From a bacterium (GTDB taxonomy: Bacteria > UBA8248), in the NCBI GenBank assembly GCA_965261085.1, contig OZ253442.1, forward strand, positions 192,001 to 256,000: a stretch of DNA of 64,000 nucleotides, read 5' to 3'. Position numbers and translations under genes: made by a program. How positions within the stretch are numbered: the first letter of the stretch is position 1; each line of letters begins with the position of its first letter. Under the pieces are notes generated by a model. It was not told the origin of the DNA. It worked only from the letters and a program-made list of their open reading frames with translations, and did no database searches. This document shows, in pieces, positions 10,375-20,443 of this stretch.

Positions 10375-12159
10375 CTAGAGCGCCTCCTTGCGTTTCAGCG
10401 CTTCATCGACCAGAGGCGCCGGGTAGGACGCCCTGGCGTATTCGAGCGAAATTTTCCCATCCGCGAGGTCGATCGCCAATTCCTCCGGTGAATGCTCTGC
10501 CGGATCGCCGTATCCACCGGCCCCGGCCGACTGGCACCTAAGCACCTCGCCCTCTCGAAACTCGTGTGGGCCGCCCTTGCTCGGCAGCTTCGTTTCGTTC
10601 GCCTCCCCGGGATTTTTCAGGTGTATTCCACGGGCCCCCTCTTTGCCGCCGAAAAGAGGCCAGGGGGAGAAATCGTGCCGGTCGGCGTGCGCGATGAAGC
10701 CCGTGTCGCTGAGCATCCGGAAATCCTTGCGCGTGGCGAGCCCGCCCCGGTGGCGTCCCGCGCCGCCGCTGTCGGGCACGAGTTCGAAGCGCTCCACCCG
10801 GATGGGGTATTCGTTCTCTAAAATCTCGACCGGCAGGTTCGGTATGTTGTTCGTGTGGATCTGAACGGCGTCCATGCCATTGCTCGTCTCGCGACCTCCC
10901 ATGCCGCCGCCGATGCCGTCGATGCAGATGAACGGTCTTTGCCGGATGGTGTCGAAACCGTGGAGGTTGATGGAGGTGGTGCCGTGGCCGCAGGCGCACA
11001 CGCGCTCGGGCGCCACCTTGGACATGACGCCGATGAGCAGGTCGGCCAGCCGCTGGCAGGTGGTGCCGCGTCCGCCCACGGGCGCGGGCGCGTTCGGGTT
11101 CACGATGCTCCCCTCGGGTGCGACGAGCCTCACCACGCGCTCGAAAGCCGCGTTCGACCAGAGTTCGGGGTCGATGGTCGCCTTGAGCGCGTAGGCGACG
11201 GTGGCGAACAGCGCTTCATAGACGACGTTCACGCCGCCCGTTCTCTGATGGCTCGAACCCGTAAAATCGAAAACCATGTGCGGCTCGGGGCTGTGGGCGA
11301 TGGTGAGCGTCACCTTCAAGGGAACCGGGCCGGGCACATGGGCGTCGTCGTCGAGTTGGTCCTCGAAATCCCATGTTCCTTCGGGCAGTTCCTTGATCTT
11401 CGAGCGAATCGTTCGCTCGTTGTAGTCGAGCACGCCCTCCACGAGTTCGAGAAAACGCTCGGCGCCGTATTTTTCGCTCAACTCCTGGAGACGCCGGACG
11501 CCGAGCTGGTTGCACGCGGCCTGCGCGCGCAAGTCGGCCGGCCTGTCTTCTGAAAAGCGCATGTTGAGGAGAATGAAGGAGAAGAGATCTTCTTGCAGTT
11601 CTCCCTCTTTGAAGATTTTCATGGGCGGTATCCTCAAGCCCTCCTGGTATATCTCGTTGCAGCCCTCGGTCATCGCGGCGCCCGGCTTGATGCCGCCCAC
11701 GTCGGGCCAGTGGCCCATGTTCGCGACGAAGCCGATGAGTCGTTTACCCTCGAACACCGGAGAGGCCACCGTGACGTCGGCGAGGTGGGTTCCGCCACCG
11801 TGATAGGCGTCGTTCGCCAAAAAAGCGTCGCCCGGTTTGAGTTCCTCGAGCGGATAGCGCTTCAAAATGTTGCGGATGATGCTCAGCATTGCGCCCAAAT
11901 GCATGGGGATGTGCTCGGCCTGGGCGATGAGGCGGCCTTCGGCGTCGAATATGGCCGTCGAGGCGTCCTGGCGCTCCTTGATGTTCGTGGAATAAGCCGT
12001 GCGAATGAGCGCCGCGCCCATCTCCTCGGCCACCGAGAGCAGGGCGTTCGAGAAGACCTCGAGCGCGACCGGATCGGGCACCGAGGAAGCGCGCCGCTTC
12101 ATGGGTTTGCGGCGCGAGGCCGCTTTTTTCGAGCTCGCTTTCGTGCGTCCGGCCGGCAT
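10375..12159 (-). CDS. Hydantoinase/oxoprolinase subunit B (second copy)
   Basis: RTAYSTNIKERQD, QAEHIPMHLG, GGTHLAD, EGLRIPP and SGGAGRHRGG motifs. Confidence 0.93.
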   Translation of the reverse strand: MPAGRTKASSKKAASRRKPMKRRASSVPDPVALEVFSNALLSVAEEMGAALIRTAYSTNIKERQDASTAIFDAEGRLIAQAEHIPMHLGAMLSIIRNILKRYPLEELKPGDAFLANDAYHGGGTHLADVTVASPVFEGKRLIGFVANMGHWPDVGGIKPGAAMTEGCNEIYQEGLRIPPMKIFKEGELQEDLFSFILLNMRFSEDRPADLRAQAACNQLGVRRLQELSEKYGAERFLELVEGVLDYNERTIRSKIKELPEGTWDFEDQLDDDAHVPGPVPLKVTLTIAHSPEPHMVFDFTGSSHQRTGGVNVVYEALFATVAYALKATIDPELWSNAAFERVVRLVAPEGSIVNPNAPAPVGGRGTTCQRLADLLIGVMSKVAPERVCACGHGTTSINLHGFDTIRQRPFICIDGIGGGMGGRETSNGMDAVQIHTNNIPNLPVEILENEYPIRVERFELVPDSGGAGRHRGGLATRKDFRMLSDTGFIAHADRHDFSPWPLFGGKEGARGIHLKNPGEANETKLPSKGGPHEFREGEVLRCQSAGAGGYGDPAEHSPEELAIDLADGKISLEYARASYPAPLVDEALKRKEAL

Positions 12160-12751
12160 GAAATTCTCTCTCCTTCACTTGGGTGGAATTAAAAGAGCGA
12201 AAAAGCGCGTCACTCATCCGTCAAAATCGTTTTCTGTTCTTCGTACAAGGCGCGGCGTTTCGCGAGCACGCGTTCGCCGCCGAGACGCTCTGGAGGCGAA
12301 CGCACCAACTCATGCAACGCCCGGGCTTTTCGCTACAACTTCAGGGGAAAACCACACGCGCATTCCGCTTCCTGGGCGCAGCTTCAAGATAATGCGGATA
12401 TGTCGATCCGGGGTTTTCGATAGGAAGTTTTACACGAGTTTCAAGCTTTTGGGCAAAGGCCTTAGCGAAGTCGCGCAACCCATCCTGCCCAGACGCCGCG
12501 CCAATCCGAACCAGGGTTCGTTCTCCCGCCTTTTCTCGCGCTTGGTGAAAGAGGGTGGAGAGGATTGTCTTTCGGTAGTTGTTCCGGAGGCTGGTTTGGA
12601 TTGCGCGTGCACGGGTAATCGTGTTGTAATCTATCGGTCAATCACAATTTACCTCTTCATCTTTGCGGGGAATTTTCTACTTCTTCCGGTGAAGGTGTCG
12701 GAAGGCTTCCCTCGGAGAGGTTTGCGTAACTGAACCGGATTTGGAGACGCC

Positions 12752-14014
12752 ATGGAAGAGATTCCATCCTGGGTCGATCAGGACGCCATGAACATCGATG
12801 CGCGGCTGGATGAGCAGCACCGCTGGATATCCAGCCCGATGAACGCCCTGGCCGCGCCTGACGCCGTGAACGCGCAGCCCCGGCGCATCGTCTTGCGCGA
12901 CGACACGCTGCGCTCGGGCGCAAATACGCCGGGCGTTTACGCGAGCGTGGAGAAGAAGCTCCGTATTTCCGAACTGCTCGACGAGGCGGGCGTACAGGAG
13001 GCCGAGGTGGGTTACGGCTCGCTGCCCGATGATCAGAAATTCGTGAGTGAACTCAAAAAACGCGGCTCCAAAATCATTTGCGGCATGCACGCGCGCTGCT
13101 GGCTCCCGAACTGGAAATCCGACATCGACGGCATCGCCGGTTGCGGGGCCGACATGGTGAATTTCGTAGGGATGCAGGGCTACACGATGACAGAAGCGCT
13201 CCACCCGACGCTCCGGGGCGAGTCGTTTCTCGTGCGCATGGAGGAGTGCATCGCCTACGCGAAGGAAAAGGGCCTCAAGGTGGGTTTCGGCACGGATCAT
13301 CCACGCGCGGACCTGATTCCCGAGACGATTCGCCGCGCCGTCGCCGCCGGCGTGGACAGGTGGGTCTGCTACGATCCGCGCGGGTGGTTCCTCCCGCAGA
13401 CGATGGCGATGGTGGTCCATGCCGTGCGTGTGGCGAGCGAGGACAAGATAGAAGTATCCGTTCATGCGCATGATGATTTCGGCCTGGCCACGGCCATCAC
13501 GTTCGAGGGCATCAGGGCGGGCGCCATGGGGTGCGACGTGTGCATCAACAGGACGGGGCACCGCTGCGGCAACGCGGGCTTCGAGCAGATCGCCGTGGGG
13601 CTGGAGTATTTCTTCGGGTATCAGACGGGAATCGACCTGAAGAAAATCACCGAGCTCAGCCGCCTCGTCTCGGAACTCTATGAGATTCCCGTCGCCGAGA
13701 ACGCCCCGGTGGTGGGGCACAACATGTTCAGCTACGGCGGGCTCCACATTCCCGGTATTCTGCGCGGGGACTGGTTTTTGTGGGAGAACCTGAGGTCGGA
13801 GACCGTGGGCACCGGCAGGCACATCGTGTATGGACCCACTGCGCTTCAGAAAGGCTCCGACAGCCCCCTGGACGCCAAGGTGAATCAAATGGGCAAAAAG
13901 GCGGACGAGGCCCAGATGGACCGGATCATCTCGGGCGTTCGGGCGTTGATCGAGGAGAAGAGCTCGGCGACCGACGCGGAAGTCGAGCGGATTATCAGCC
14001 GCGTCATGGGGTAG
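12752..14014 (+). CDS. DRE-TIM metallolyase (LeuA/homocitrate synthase-like), divergent active site
   Basis: DDTLRSGANTPG (cf. DTTLRDGEQ), HAHDDFGLA, GHRCGNA and PVVGHNMF motifs. Confidence 0.8.
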   Translation: MEEIPSWVDQDAMNIDARLDEQHRWISSPMNALAAPDAVNAQPRRIVLRDDTLRSGANTPGVYASVEKKLRISELLDEAGVQEAEVGYGSLPDDQKFVSELKKRGSKIICGMHARCWLPNWKSDIDGIAGCGADMVNFVGMQGYTMTEALHPTLRGESFLVRMEECIAYAKEKGLKVGFGTDHPRADLIPETIRRAVAAGVDRWVCYDPRGWFLPQTMAMVVHAVRVASEDKIEVSVHAHDDFGLATAITFEGIRAGAMGCDVCINRTGHRCGNAGFEQIAVGLEYFFGYQTGIDLKKITELSRLVSELYEIPVAENAPVVGHNMFSYGGLHIPGILRGDWFLWENLRSETVGTGRHIVYGPTALQKGSDSPLDAKVNQMGKKADEAQMDRIISGVRALIEEKSSATDAEVERIISRVMG

Positions 14015-14069
14015 CGGCGATGGCGCGGCTGCTCTCATAGGCCGAGGGTAGGGCGAGAGGCGGAGTTTC

Positions 14070-15800
14070 ATGGCCGAAACAGTTGTTCAGAACCCAGGAG
14101 GGGCGCTCGAGCGGTATTTCCACGCGCCGCTCAGAAGGCTGCGCGCGGCGGGCGTCACGCCGTTCGAGGTCGTCACGGTCGTTGTGATGACCGTGGTGGT
14201 CCTGTGGTTCGTCCTGGCCCCCGTTCTCAACCTGTTCTACGGCGCGTTTCAGTCCGAGCCTCCCGGGGAGGGGGGCGTGTGGACGCTCGAGCACTTCCGC
14301 GTCGTTTTCGGCAATCCGGGCTACTGGCGCACGGTGGGCAGAACCCTGCTGGTCGGCTTCGGCGTGGTCTTCCTGGCGACGATCATCGGCTCTCCTCTGG
14401 CCTGGCTGGTCGTGAAGACCGACATGCGCGGGAAGCGCTGGGTGGAGCTTTCGGCCATTCTTCCTTTCTTCACCAGCACCTTCGTCGGCGCGCTCGCCTG
14501 GATTTTGCTGGGCAACCCCACCAACGGGATGATCAAACTCTGGACGGGGCTTCCCATCAACGTCTACTCCGTCTGGGGGATCATCTGGGTCTCGGGCATA
14601 TACATGGCGCCTTATATGTTTCTGTTCACCTCGGCGGCGCTCCGCTCGGTGGATACGACGTATGAGGAGGCTTCGTTCATGTCGGGAGCGGGCTTGTTCC
14701 GCACCCTGACGCGGGTGACGTTTCCGGTCATTCTTCCCGCCATCCTCTCGGGCATGACGCTCGTGTTCGTCATTACGATGGGGATCTTCGGCGTGGCGGC
14801 TATTTTGGGTTTCCCGGCGCGGATCGTGTTGCTGGCGACGGATATTTTCGCAAAATCGGTTTTCGCCCCGCCCCTGTACGGGGAGGCGACCGTCGCCGCC
14901 CTTACGCTGATGGCCATCACCGCCATTTGCATCCTCTTGCAGCGGTGGATTCTCAGAAAGGGTTCCTACGCCCTGGTGAGCGGACGTGGGTTTCGCCTCA
15001 AGCTCTACACTCTCGGCCGCCTGACGCCCTTCGCCTATTTGTTCACGGCGCTCTACGCGCTGCTCGCCGTCATCCTGCCCGGGCTGGTGCTCATCAAGGT
15101 CAGCATGCAGCCCTACGCCACACCCAAGTTCGGGCTGTGGACGATGGAGAACTGGGAGGTCTTTTTCACGAACCCCGATTTGCTCGATTCCTTCATCCGC
15201 TCGATGTATCTCTCCACGGGCGGGGCGACCATCAGCGTGCTCATGACGGCCGTCATCGCCTACATCATCCACAAGAGCAAATCGCCCGGTCGCGGCATTC
15301 TCGAGCAGGTGAGCGTCATGCCGGTGGGCATTCCCGGAATCGTCATGGGCCTGGGGATGATATGGGCCTATATCCAGTGGCCGATTTGGGCGACCGTCTG
15401 GATTCTCGTCGTCGCGTACCTCACCCTGTTCATGCCCTACGGCGTCCGCGCCCTGGGGGCGAACGTGGTGCAGGTTCACGGAGAACTCGAGGAGAGCAGC
15501 CGGGTTCACGGGGGTAGCTGGTTCCTCACTTTCCGGCGGATCATCTTCCCCCTCTTGCGTCCGGGCATTTATTCCACCTGGATTTTGCTGTTCATCATTT
15601 TCCTGCGCGAAATATCCACGGCGGTCCTCCTGACTACGCACGAGACGCGCGTTCTTCCGGTTTTGATCTTCGAGCAGTGGACGGACGGGGAGTTGAACAT
15701 CATGTGCGCTGGCGCATTGCTTCTGACGGCGATCATGTTCGTCGTCATTTCCGTGTTCAAGTGGGTTTTCAAGGTGGATGTGACCCCCGTCTACCGATAG
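14070..15800 (+). CDS. ABC transporter permease, FbpB/ThiP-type (two-domain)
   Basis: About 12 TM segments with two EAA motifs (EEASFMSGA, EESSRVHGG). Confidence 0.92.
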   Translation: MAETVVQNPGGALERYFHAPLRRLRAAGVTPFEVVTVVVMTVVVLWFVLAPVLNLFYGAFQSEPPGEGGVWTLEHFRVVFGNPGYWRTVGRTLLVGFGVVFLATIIGSPLAWLVVKTDMRGKRWVELSAILPFFTSTFVGALAWILLGNPTNGMIKLWTGLPINVYSVWGIIWVSGIYMAPYMFLFTSAALRSVDTTYEEASFMSGAGLFRTLTRVTFPVILPAILSGMTLVFVITMGIFGVAAILGFPARIVLLATDIFAKSVFAPPLYGEATVAALTLMAITAICILLQRWILRKGSYALVSGRGFRLKLYTLGRLTPFAYLFTALYALLAVILPGLVLIKVSMQPYATPKFGLWTMENWEVFFTNPDLLDSFIRSMYLSTGGATISVLMTAVIAYIIHKSKSPGRGILEQVSVMPVGIPGIVMGLGMIWAYIQWPIWATVWILVVAYLTLFMPYGVRALGANVVQVHGELEESSRVHGGSWFLTFRRIIFPLLRPGIYSTWILLFIIFLREISTAVLLTTHETRVLPVLIFEQWTDGELNIMCAGALLLTAIMFVVISVFKWVFKVDVTPVYR

Positions 15801-15815
15801 TGGAGGAGAGGTTCC

Positions 15816-16898
15816 TTGCCATCGCTGACCATCGAGAATCTATCGAAACACTTCGACGAAGTGCGCGCGGTGGATGACCTCGACCTGGAAGTCGAAGAAG
15901 GGGAGATGCTAACCCTCCTCGGCCCGAGCGGATGCGGCAAGACGACGACGCTCCGGTGCATCGCGGGCTTGGAACGACCGACCGCCGGGCGCATCATTCT
16001 CGGCGAGGGTGTCGTCACCGATATCGATGGCGGTGTTTTCGTTCTGCCCGAAAAGCGCGAAATGGGCATGGTTTTCCAATCCTACGCTGTTTGGCCGCAC
16101 ATGACGCTGTTCGAGAACGTCGCCTATCCATTGAGGGCGCGGGGCATGCCGCGTGGAGATATTTCCGAAAAAGTCATGAACACGCTCAAGCTCGTTCAAC
16201 TCGACGGCCTGGAGCACCGCTACTCCACCCAGATAAGCGGCGGCCAGCAGCAGCGCGTCGCCCTCGCGCGGAGCCTGGTTTCGGAACCCTCCCTGCTGTT
16301 GTTCGACGAACCCTTGAGCAACCTCGACGCGAATCTGCGCGTGCAGATGCGCCTCGAGATTCGGGAGCTGCAGGAGAGGCTGAATTTCACGGCTGTTTAC
16401 GTCACCCACGATCAGACGGAAGCCATGGCGCTCTCGGATCGCATCGCCATCATGGATCACGGGGTGATGCAGCAGATCGCCGACCCGCGTGAAATCTACA
16501 ATCGGCCCCAGAACCGCTTCGTCGCCAGTTTCATGGGAACCACGAACCTTTTCGAGGGTGCGAAGAAGGCGGGGGCGGGAGGTGAACCACTCGTTCTATC
16601 GGATGAGGGAATCGAGATTTCCATTGGCGACCAGCATATGCCGGATGGGGAGAGGGCCTACGTCTCGATTCGTCCCGAGGCGCTCCGGCTGTCCGGGTCT
16701 CAAGGTGGGAGCGATTCACCGAATCATTGGAATGGCAGGGTGATTCATTCTACTTTCCTGGGGGAGTCGACCATATTTGCGGTCGAAGTTTCCGGAAAGA
16801 CGATCGAGATACATGCGGAGCCAACGCAGGTGTTCGAAACGGGTCAGAAAGTGGTCGTCTCCGCCGAGCCGGAGCGATGCGTTGTCGTTGAATCGTAG
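15816..16898 (+). CDS. ABC transporter ATP-binding protein (FbpC/PotA-like, TOBE domain)
   Basis: Walker A GPSGCGKT, ISGGQQQR, LLLFDEPLSNLD and VTHDQ motifs. Confidence 0.95.
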   Translation: MPSLTIENLSKHFDEVRAVDDLDLEVEEGEMLTLLGPSGCGKTTTLRCIAGLERPTAGRIILGEGVVTDIDGGVFVLPEKREMGMVFQSYAVWPHMTLFENVAYPLRARGMPRGDISEKVMNTLKLVQLDGLEHRYSTQISGGQQQRVALARSLVSEPSLLLFDEPLSNLDANLRVQMRLEIRELQERLNFTAVYVTHDQTEAMALSDRIAIMDHGVMQQIADPREIYNRPQNRFVASFMGTTNLFEGAKKAGAGGEPLVLSDEGIEISIGDQHMPDGERAYVSIRPEALRLSGSQGGSDSPNHWNGRVIHSTFLGESTIFAVEVSGKTIEIHAEPTQVFETGQKVVVSAEPERCVVVES

Positions 16899-16928
16899 CT
16901 GTCTTCTCAATCTCAAAGGAGGTGCAAG

Positions 16929-17972
16929 ATGAAGAAGTGGACAATTCCCATCATGTCCCTGGGGCTGTCGGTGGGTCTGGCGGCGGGCGCCGCGCACGGC
17001 GCCGACAAGGAAACGCTCAAAATGGCGGCCGGCACCAAAGGCGGGCAGATCATCGTGTACAACATCATCTTCAAGCCCGCCCAGCGAAAACTGAACAAGG
17101 CGTTCAACAAGAAATTCGCCAAGTACGGCATCAAGGCGAAGATGATCCGGAGCCAGTCCGGAAAAATCGCCAATCTCTACAAGCAGGAGCTGCGGGCCGG
17201 GAAGGTGCGCATGGACGCCATCTCCACCGCCGATCCGGGAATGTTCCTGAGCTTCAACAGAAAAAACCAGCTCACCCGTTATTGCAGCCCGAACTACAAG
17301 GACTATCGTGACTGGGCCGTGGCGAAGGATTGCGGCTACTTCTATCACACCTCCTGGCTGCAATACATTTCCTACAACCCCGAACTCGTCAAGGGCGGCG
17401 ACATCCCCAACAGTTGGCTCGATTTCCACAAGCCCAAGTGGAAGGGCAAGATCAGCTTCGGCGACCCGAAGATCGGCGGTGGACACTATTACTTCGTGTT
17501 CACGATGTACAAGCTATTCGGGCGCGACTGGTTTATCAAGACGCGCGACAACAACGCCATGATGGTGCGCAGCCACGGCACCACGAACAACAAGGTGAAA
17601 TCGGGCGAGCGCCACTTCGGCGTGAATCTCTCCATGCTCGTTCGCCGCGACGGCCCCTACCCGGGCGGCAAGAACGCGCCCATCAAAGAGGTGTTCCCCA
17701 AAGAAGGCGGCGCACTGCTCGTCGCCCCGATGGCGATCACCAAGGGCGGCCCCAACCCCGCCGGCGCGAAAGTGCTGATCGAATGGCTATCGAGCCTCGA
17801 GGGCCAGAATGTGGTTTCCGACAAGGGCAAGTTTTCTCTGCGCAAGGATTTCACCAGCGTGGAGGGCGTGAAGCTCTCCGACCTCAAATACCACTGGTGG
17901 GACCCGAACGAGATGGACAAGATGCGGGACAAATGGACCAAAGACTCGCTCAAGATACTGACCGGCAACTAA
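16929..17972 (+). CDS. ABC substrate-binding protein (Fe3+/thiamine/polyamine cluster)
   Basis: Signal peptide; YNPELV..P.SW.D...P.WKGKI and GPNPAGAK.LIEWLSS.EGQ motifs. Confidence 0.9.
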   Translation: MKKWTIPIMSLGLSVGLAAGAAHGADKETLKMAAGTKGGQIIVYNIIFKPAQRKLNKAFNKKFAKYGIKAKMIRSQSGKIANLYKQELRAGKVRMDAISTADPGMFLSFNRKNQLTRYCSPNYKDYRDWAVAKDCGYFYHTSWLQYISYNPELVKGGDIPNSWLDFHKPKWKGKISFGDPKIGGGHYYFVFTMYKLFGRDWFIKTRDNNAMMVRSHGTTNNKVKSGERHFGVNLSMLVRRDGPYPGGKNAPIKEVFPKEGGALLVAPMAITKGGPNPAGAKVLIEWLSSLEGQNVVSDKGKFSLRKDFTSVEGVKLSDLKYHWWDPNEMDKMRDKWTKDSLKILTGN

Positions 17973-17992
17973 TTTCACTTGCTGGATGAAAC

Positions 17993-18035
17993 GGCGCGCC
18001 GCGTCCGCTCGGGTGCGGGCGCGGCGGCGCTTTTT
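17993..18035 (+). terminator. Rho-independent terminator-like hairpin after the SBP gene
   Basis: CGCCGCGTCCGC/GCGGGCGCGGCG stem followed by TTTTT. Confidence 0.6.
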
Positions 18036-18055
18036 CATCGCACCCAAGGGATACG

Positions 18056-19444
18056 ATGAATCGCTCGAAACAACTTGCCGGATTCATGTCGGGGCTGCGC
18101 CTTGAGGATATGCCCAGGGAGATACCCGATTTCCTGAAGCTCTGCTTACTTGATCACGTAGGCTGCGCGCTGGGGGCTCAGGGAACCGAGGAGGCGGGCG
18201 TTCACCTGCGCGCCGCCGAGGCGGCTTCGGGAAACGGGCCCTGTATGATTATCGGCCGGGATTTCGGGGCCGACCCGGCCACCGCCGCGCTCACGAACGG
18301 CGTCGTCTCTCACGTCCTTATCTTTGACGATCTGCACCGTAAATCCAAGCTCCACCCCGGCGTGGCCGTAATCCCGGCGGCTCTGGCCGCCTGTGAACTC
18401 GGGGGAGCGGACGGCAAGACTTTTTTAGAATCGGTATCGGCGGGTTATGAGACGGCGGCGCGGGTGGGCATGGCGGTCAACATGGCCGAGCATCGCCTGA
18501 TGGGATGGCGGGCCACGGGCACATGCGGTTCCTTCGGGGCGGCGGCCGCCGCATCGCGCGCCATGAATCATTCGCCTGAAACCCTGCACCACGCCATCGC
18601 AGCGGCGGCGGGGCAGGCTTCGGGTAATTTCGCCTTCACGCAAGGATCGGGGATGGAGCTTTACCTGGCGGCGGGAACGGCCGCCAGAAACGGCGTGGTC
18701 TCGGCGCTTCTGGCCGGGGGCGGCTTCAGAGGCTCCTCCGATCCCCTGGAAGCGGCCGATGGGGGCTTTTTCTCCATGACCACAGAGGACCCTAACCCTG
18801 AGATTCTCACCAACGGCTTGGGCGATCGGTATTGGCTCATGGACACCTCCATCAAACTCTACCCCACCTGCCACAGCAGCCAGACGGGCATCGACGCCGC
18901 ACTCTTTGCCCGCCAAAAGCATGGCCTGAAGCTCGAGGACGTCGAGCGCACCTCGATTCGGGCCGGTGAGATTACGAAAATCCAATGCGGCTGGGATTAT
19001 GAACCGGGTCCTCCCGCCAAGATGATCTTTCACATGGGATACGCCATGGCGGTTGCGCTGAGGCGGGGCAAGGTTTCACCGTCTGATTTAGAGGGCGAAT
19101 CCTTACACGATCCGGAACTTGTGCGATTCGCCAAAGCCACCCGGGTGGAGGCCGACCCGGAGCTCACGGCGATTTACCATGAGAAAAAACCGTGCGACGT
19201 GACGTTTCATCTCAAAGATGGCAGTCGACTTCATAAGCGCGTCGAATACTGCCGGGGCGATCCGGAAAACAGGCCCTCCGAGGAGGCGGTCGTCGAGAAA
19301 TTCCGTGATCTTACGGCACCCGTGCTTGTACGGGGGAGTCAGGACGCCATCATCGATTTCGTGATGAGTGTCGAGGAGCAGCCCTGTCTCTCGCGACTGA
19401 GGGAACTGACAACCCTAAAGGAAACCCAGGCGGTGGGAAGCTAA
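18056..19444 (+). CDS. MmgE/PrpD-family protein
   Basis: LLDHVGCALG, DDLH....HPG, GW..TGTCGSFGAA and KLYPTC motifs. Confidence 0.92.
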   Translation: MNRSKQLAGFMSGLRLEDMPREIPDFLKLCLLDHVGCALGAQGTEEAGVHLRAAEAASGNGPCMIIGRDFGADPATAALTNGVVSHVLIFDDLHRKSKLHPGVAVIPAALAACELGGADGKTFLESVSAGYETAARVGMAVNMAEHRLMGWRATGTCGSFGAAAAASRAMNHSPETLHHAIAAAAGQASGNFAFTQGSGMELYLAAGTAARNGVVSALLAGGGFRGSSDPLEAADGGFFSMTTEDPNPEILTNGLGDRYWLMDTSIKLYPTCHSSQTGIDAALFARQKHGLKLEDVERTSIRAGEITKIQCGWDYEPGPPAKMIFHMGYAMAVALRRGKVSPSDLEGESLHDPELVRFAKATRVEADPELTAIYHEKKPCDVTFHLKDGSRLHKRVEYCRGDPENRPSEEAVVEKFRDLTAPVLVRGSQDAIIDFVMSVEEQPCLSRLRELTTLKETQAVGS

Positions 19445-19495
19445 AAAATGAAAAGAACGTAAAATCCGAGAGGTCCATATTTCGCCGTATAGGAG

Positions 19496-20407
19496 ATGCA
19501 AATGGCCATTCGCCGCAACACCACCAAGTTCCGCGCCCTGCTGAAAAGGGGAAATTTTATCTTCATGCCCGTCGCCTACGATCCCATCGGGGGCAGGCTG
19601 GTGGAGAGCCTGGGCTTTAAGGCGACCTATACGGGTGGTTTCGTGACGGGTGGTTCGCGCTGCATCACCGAGCCGATGGTGACGATGCGCGAGCAGGTGG
19701 ACGTGGCGGGAGACGTCGCGAACGCGGTGGAAATACCCACCCTCGCAGACGGCGGAGCGGGCTTCGGCGAGCCGATGCACACCATGCGCTCCGTGCGGGA
19801 ATTCATTCGCGCGGGCATAGCTGGAATCCACATCGAGGATCAGTTCTACCCCAAGCGCGCGCACTATCATAAATACGTCGCGCACGCGATTCCGGCCAGG
19901 GAGTTCGTCGACAAGATCAAGATGGCGTGTCGCCAGCGGGATGAGACGGACAAGGATTTCGTCATCATCGCGCGTTCGGATACGGCGCGCTTCATGGGCA
20001 TGGGCGAGGCGATCAAGCGCGTGAACATGGCCGCGGACGTAGGCGCGGATATGGGTCTCGTCTTTCCCCGGAACCACAAGGAAGCGCTCGCCGCTCCCCA
20101 AAAGTCCAAGATTCCCCTGGTGTACGTCCAGAGCCGGGGCAACAGGGACGGAAGACCGCTCTACTCGGAAACCCAGATGGCCGAGATGGGCTACGTCGCC
20201 TGCATCGACGCCATTTTGTATCTCACCGTCAGTTTCCATTTCATGAAAAAGGCCTTACAGGAAGTGCGCAAGACGGGCGATTACACGGGCATGACGCATG
20301 AGGAGTTCACGGCCGCCCGCCAGGGGGTAGAGGATTTGATAGGCCTCGAGGGCTTCTATGAGATAGAAGAAGAGACGGTGGAGAAGAAAAAATGGGGCAA
20401 ACGCTAA
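19496..20407 (+). CDS. Isocitrate lyase/PEP mutase family enzyme (PrpB-like, non-canonical loop)
   Basis: AYDPIGGRL, ADGGAGFG, GIHIEDQ and IIARSD motifs; KRAHYH replaces KRCGH. Confidence 0.88.
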   Translation: MQMAIRRNTTKFRALLKRGNFIFMPVAYDPIGGRLVESLGFKATYTGGFVTGGSRCITEPMVTMREQVDVAGDVANAVEIPTLADGGAGFGEPMHTMRSVREFIRAGIAGIHIEDQFYPKRAHYHKYVAHAIPAREFVDKIKMACRQRDETDKDFVIIARSDTARFMGMGEAIKRVNMAADVGADMGLVFPRNHKEALAAPQKSKIPLVYVQSRGNRDGRPLYSETQMAEMGYVACIDAILYLTVSFHFMKKALQEVRKTGDYTGMTHEEFTAARQGVEDLIGLEGFYEIEEETVEKKKWGKR

Positions 20408-20443
20408 GGGCCGGTTTTTGAGAAGAAAGAAGGGCGTCAAACC

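Noticed and set aside
12677-15641. Long minus-strand ORFs (464 and 545 aa) and similar ones such as 1789-3048, 33772-35769 and 54395-56257
   Set aside because: Shadow or alternate-frame ORFs of real genes in high-GC DNA, with no recognisable motifs.
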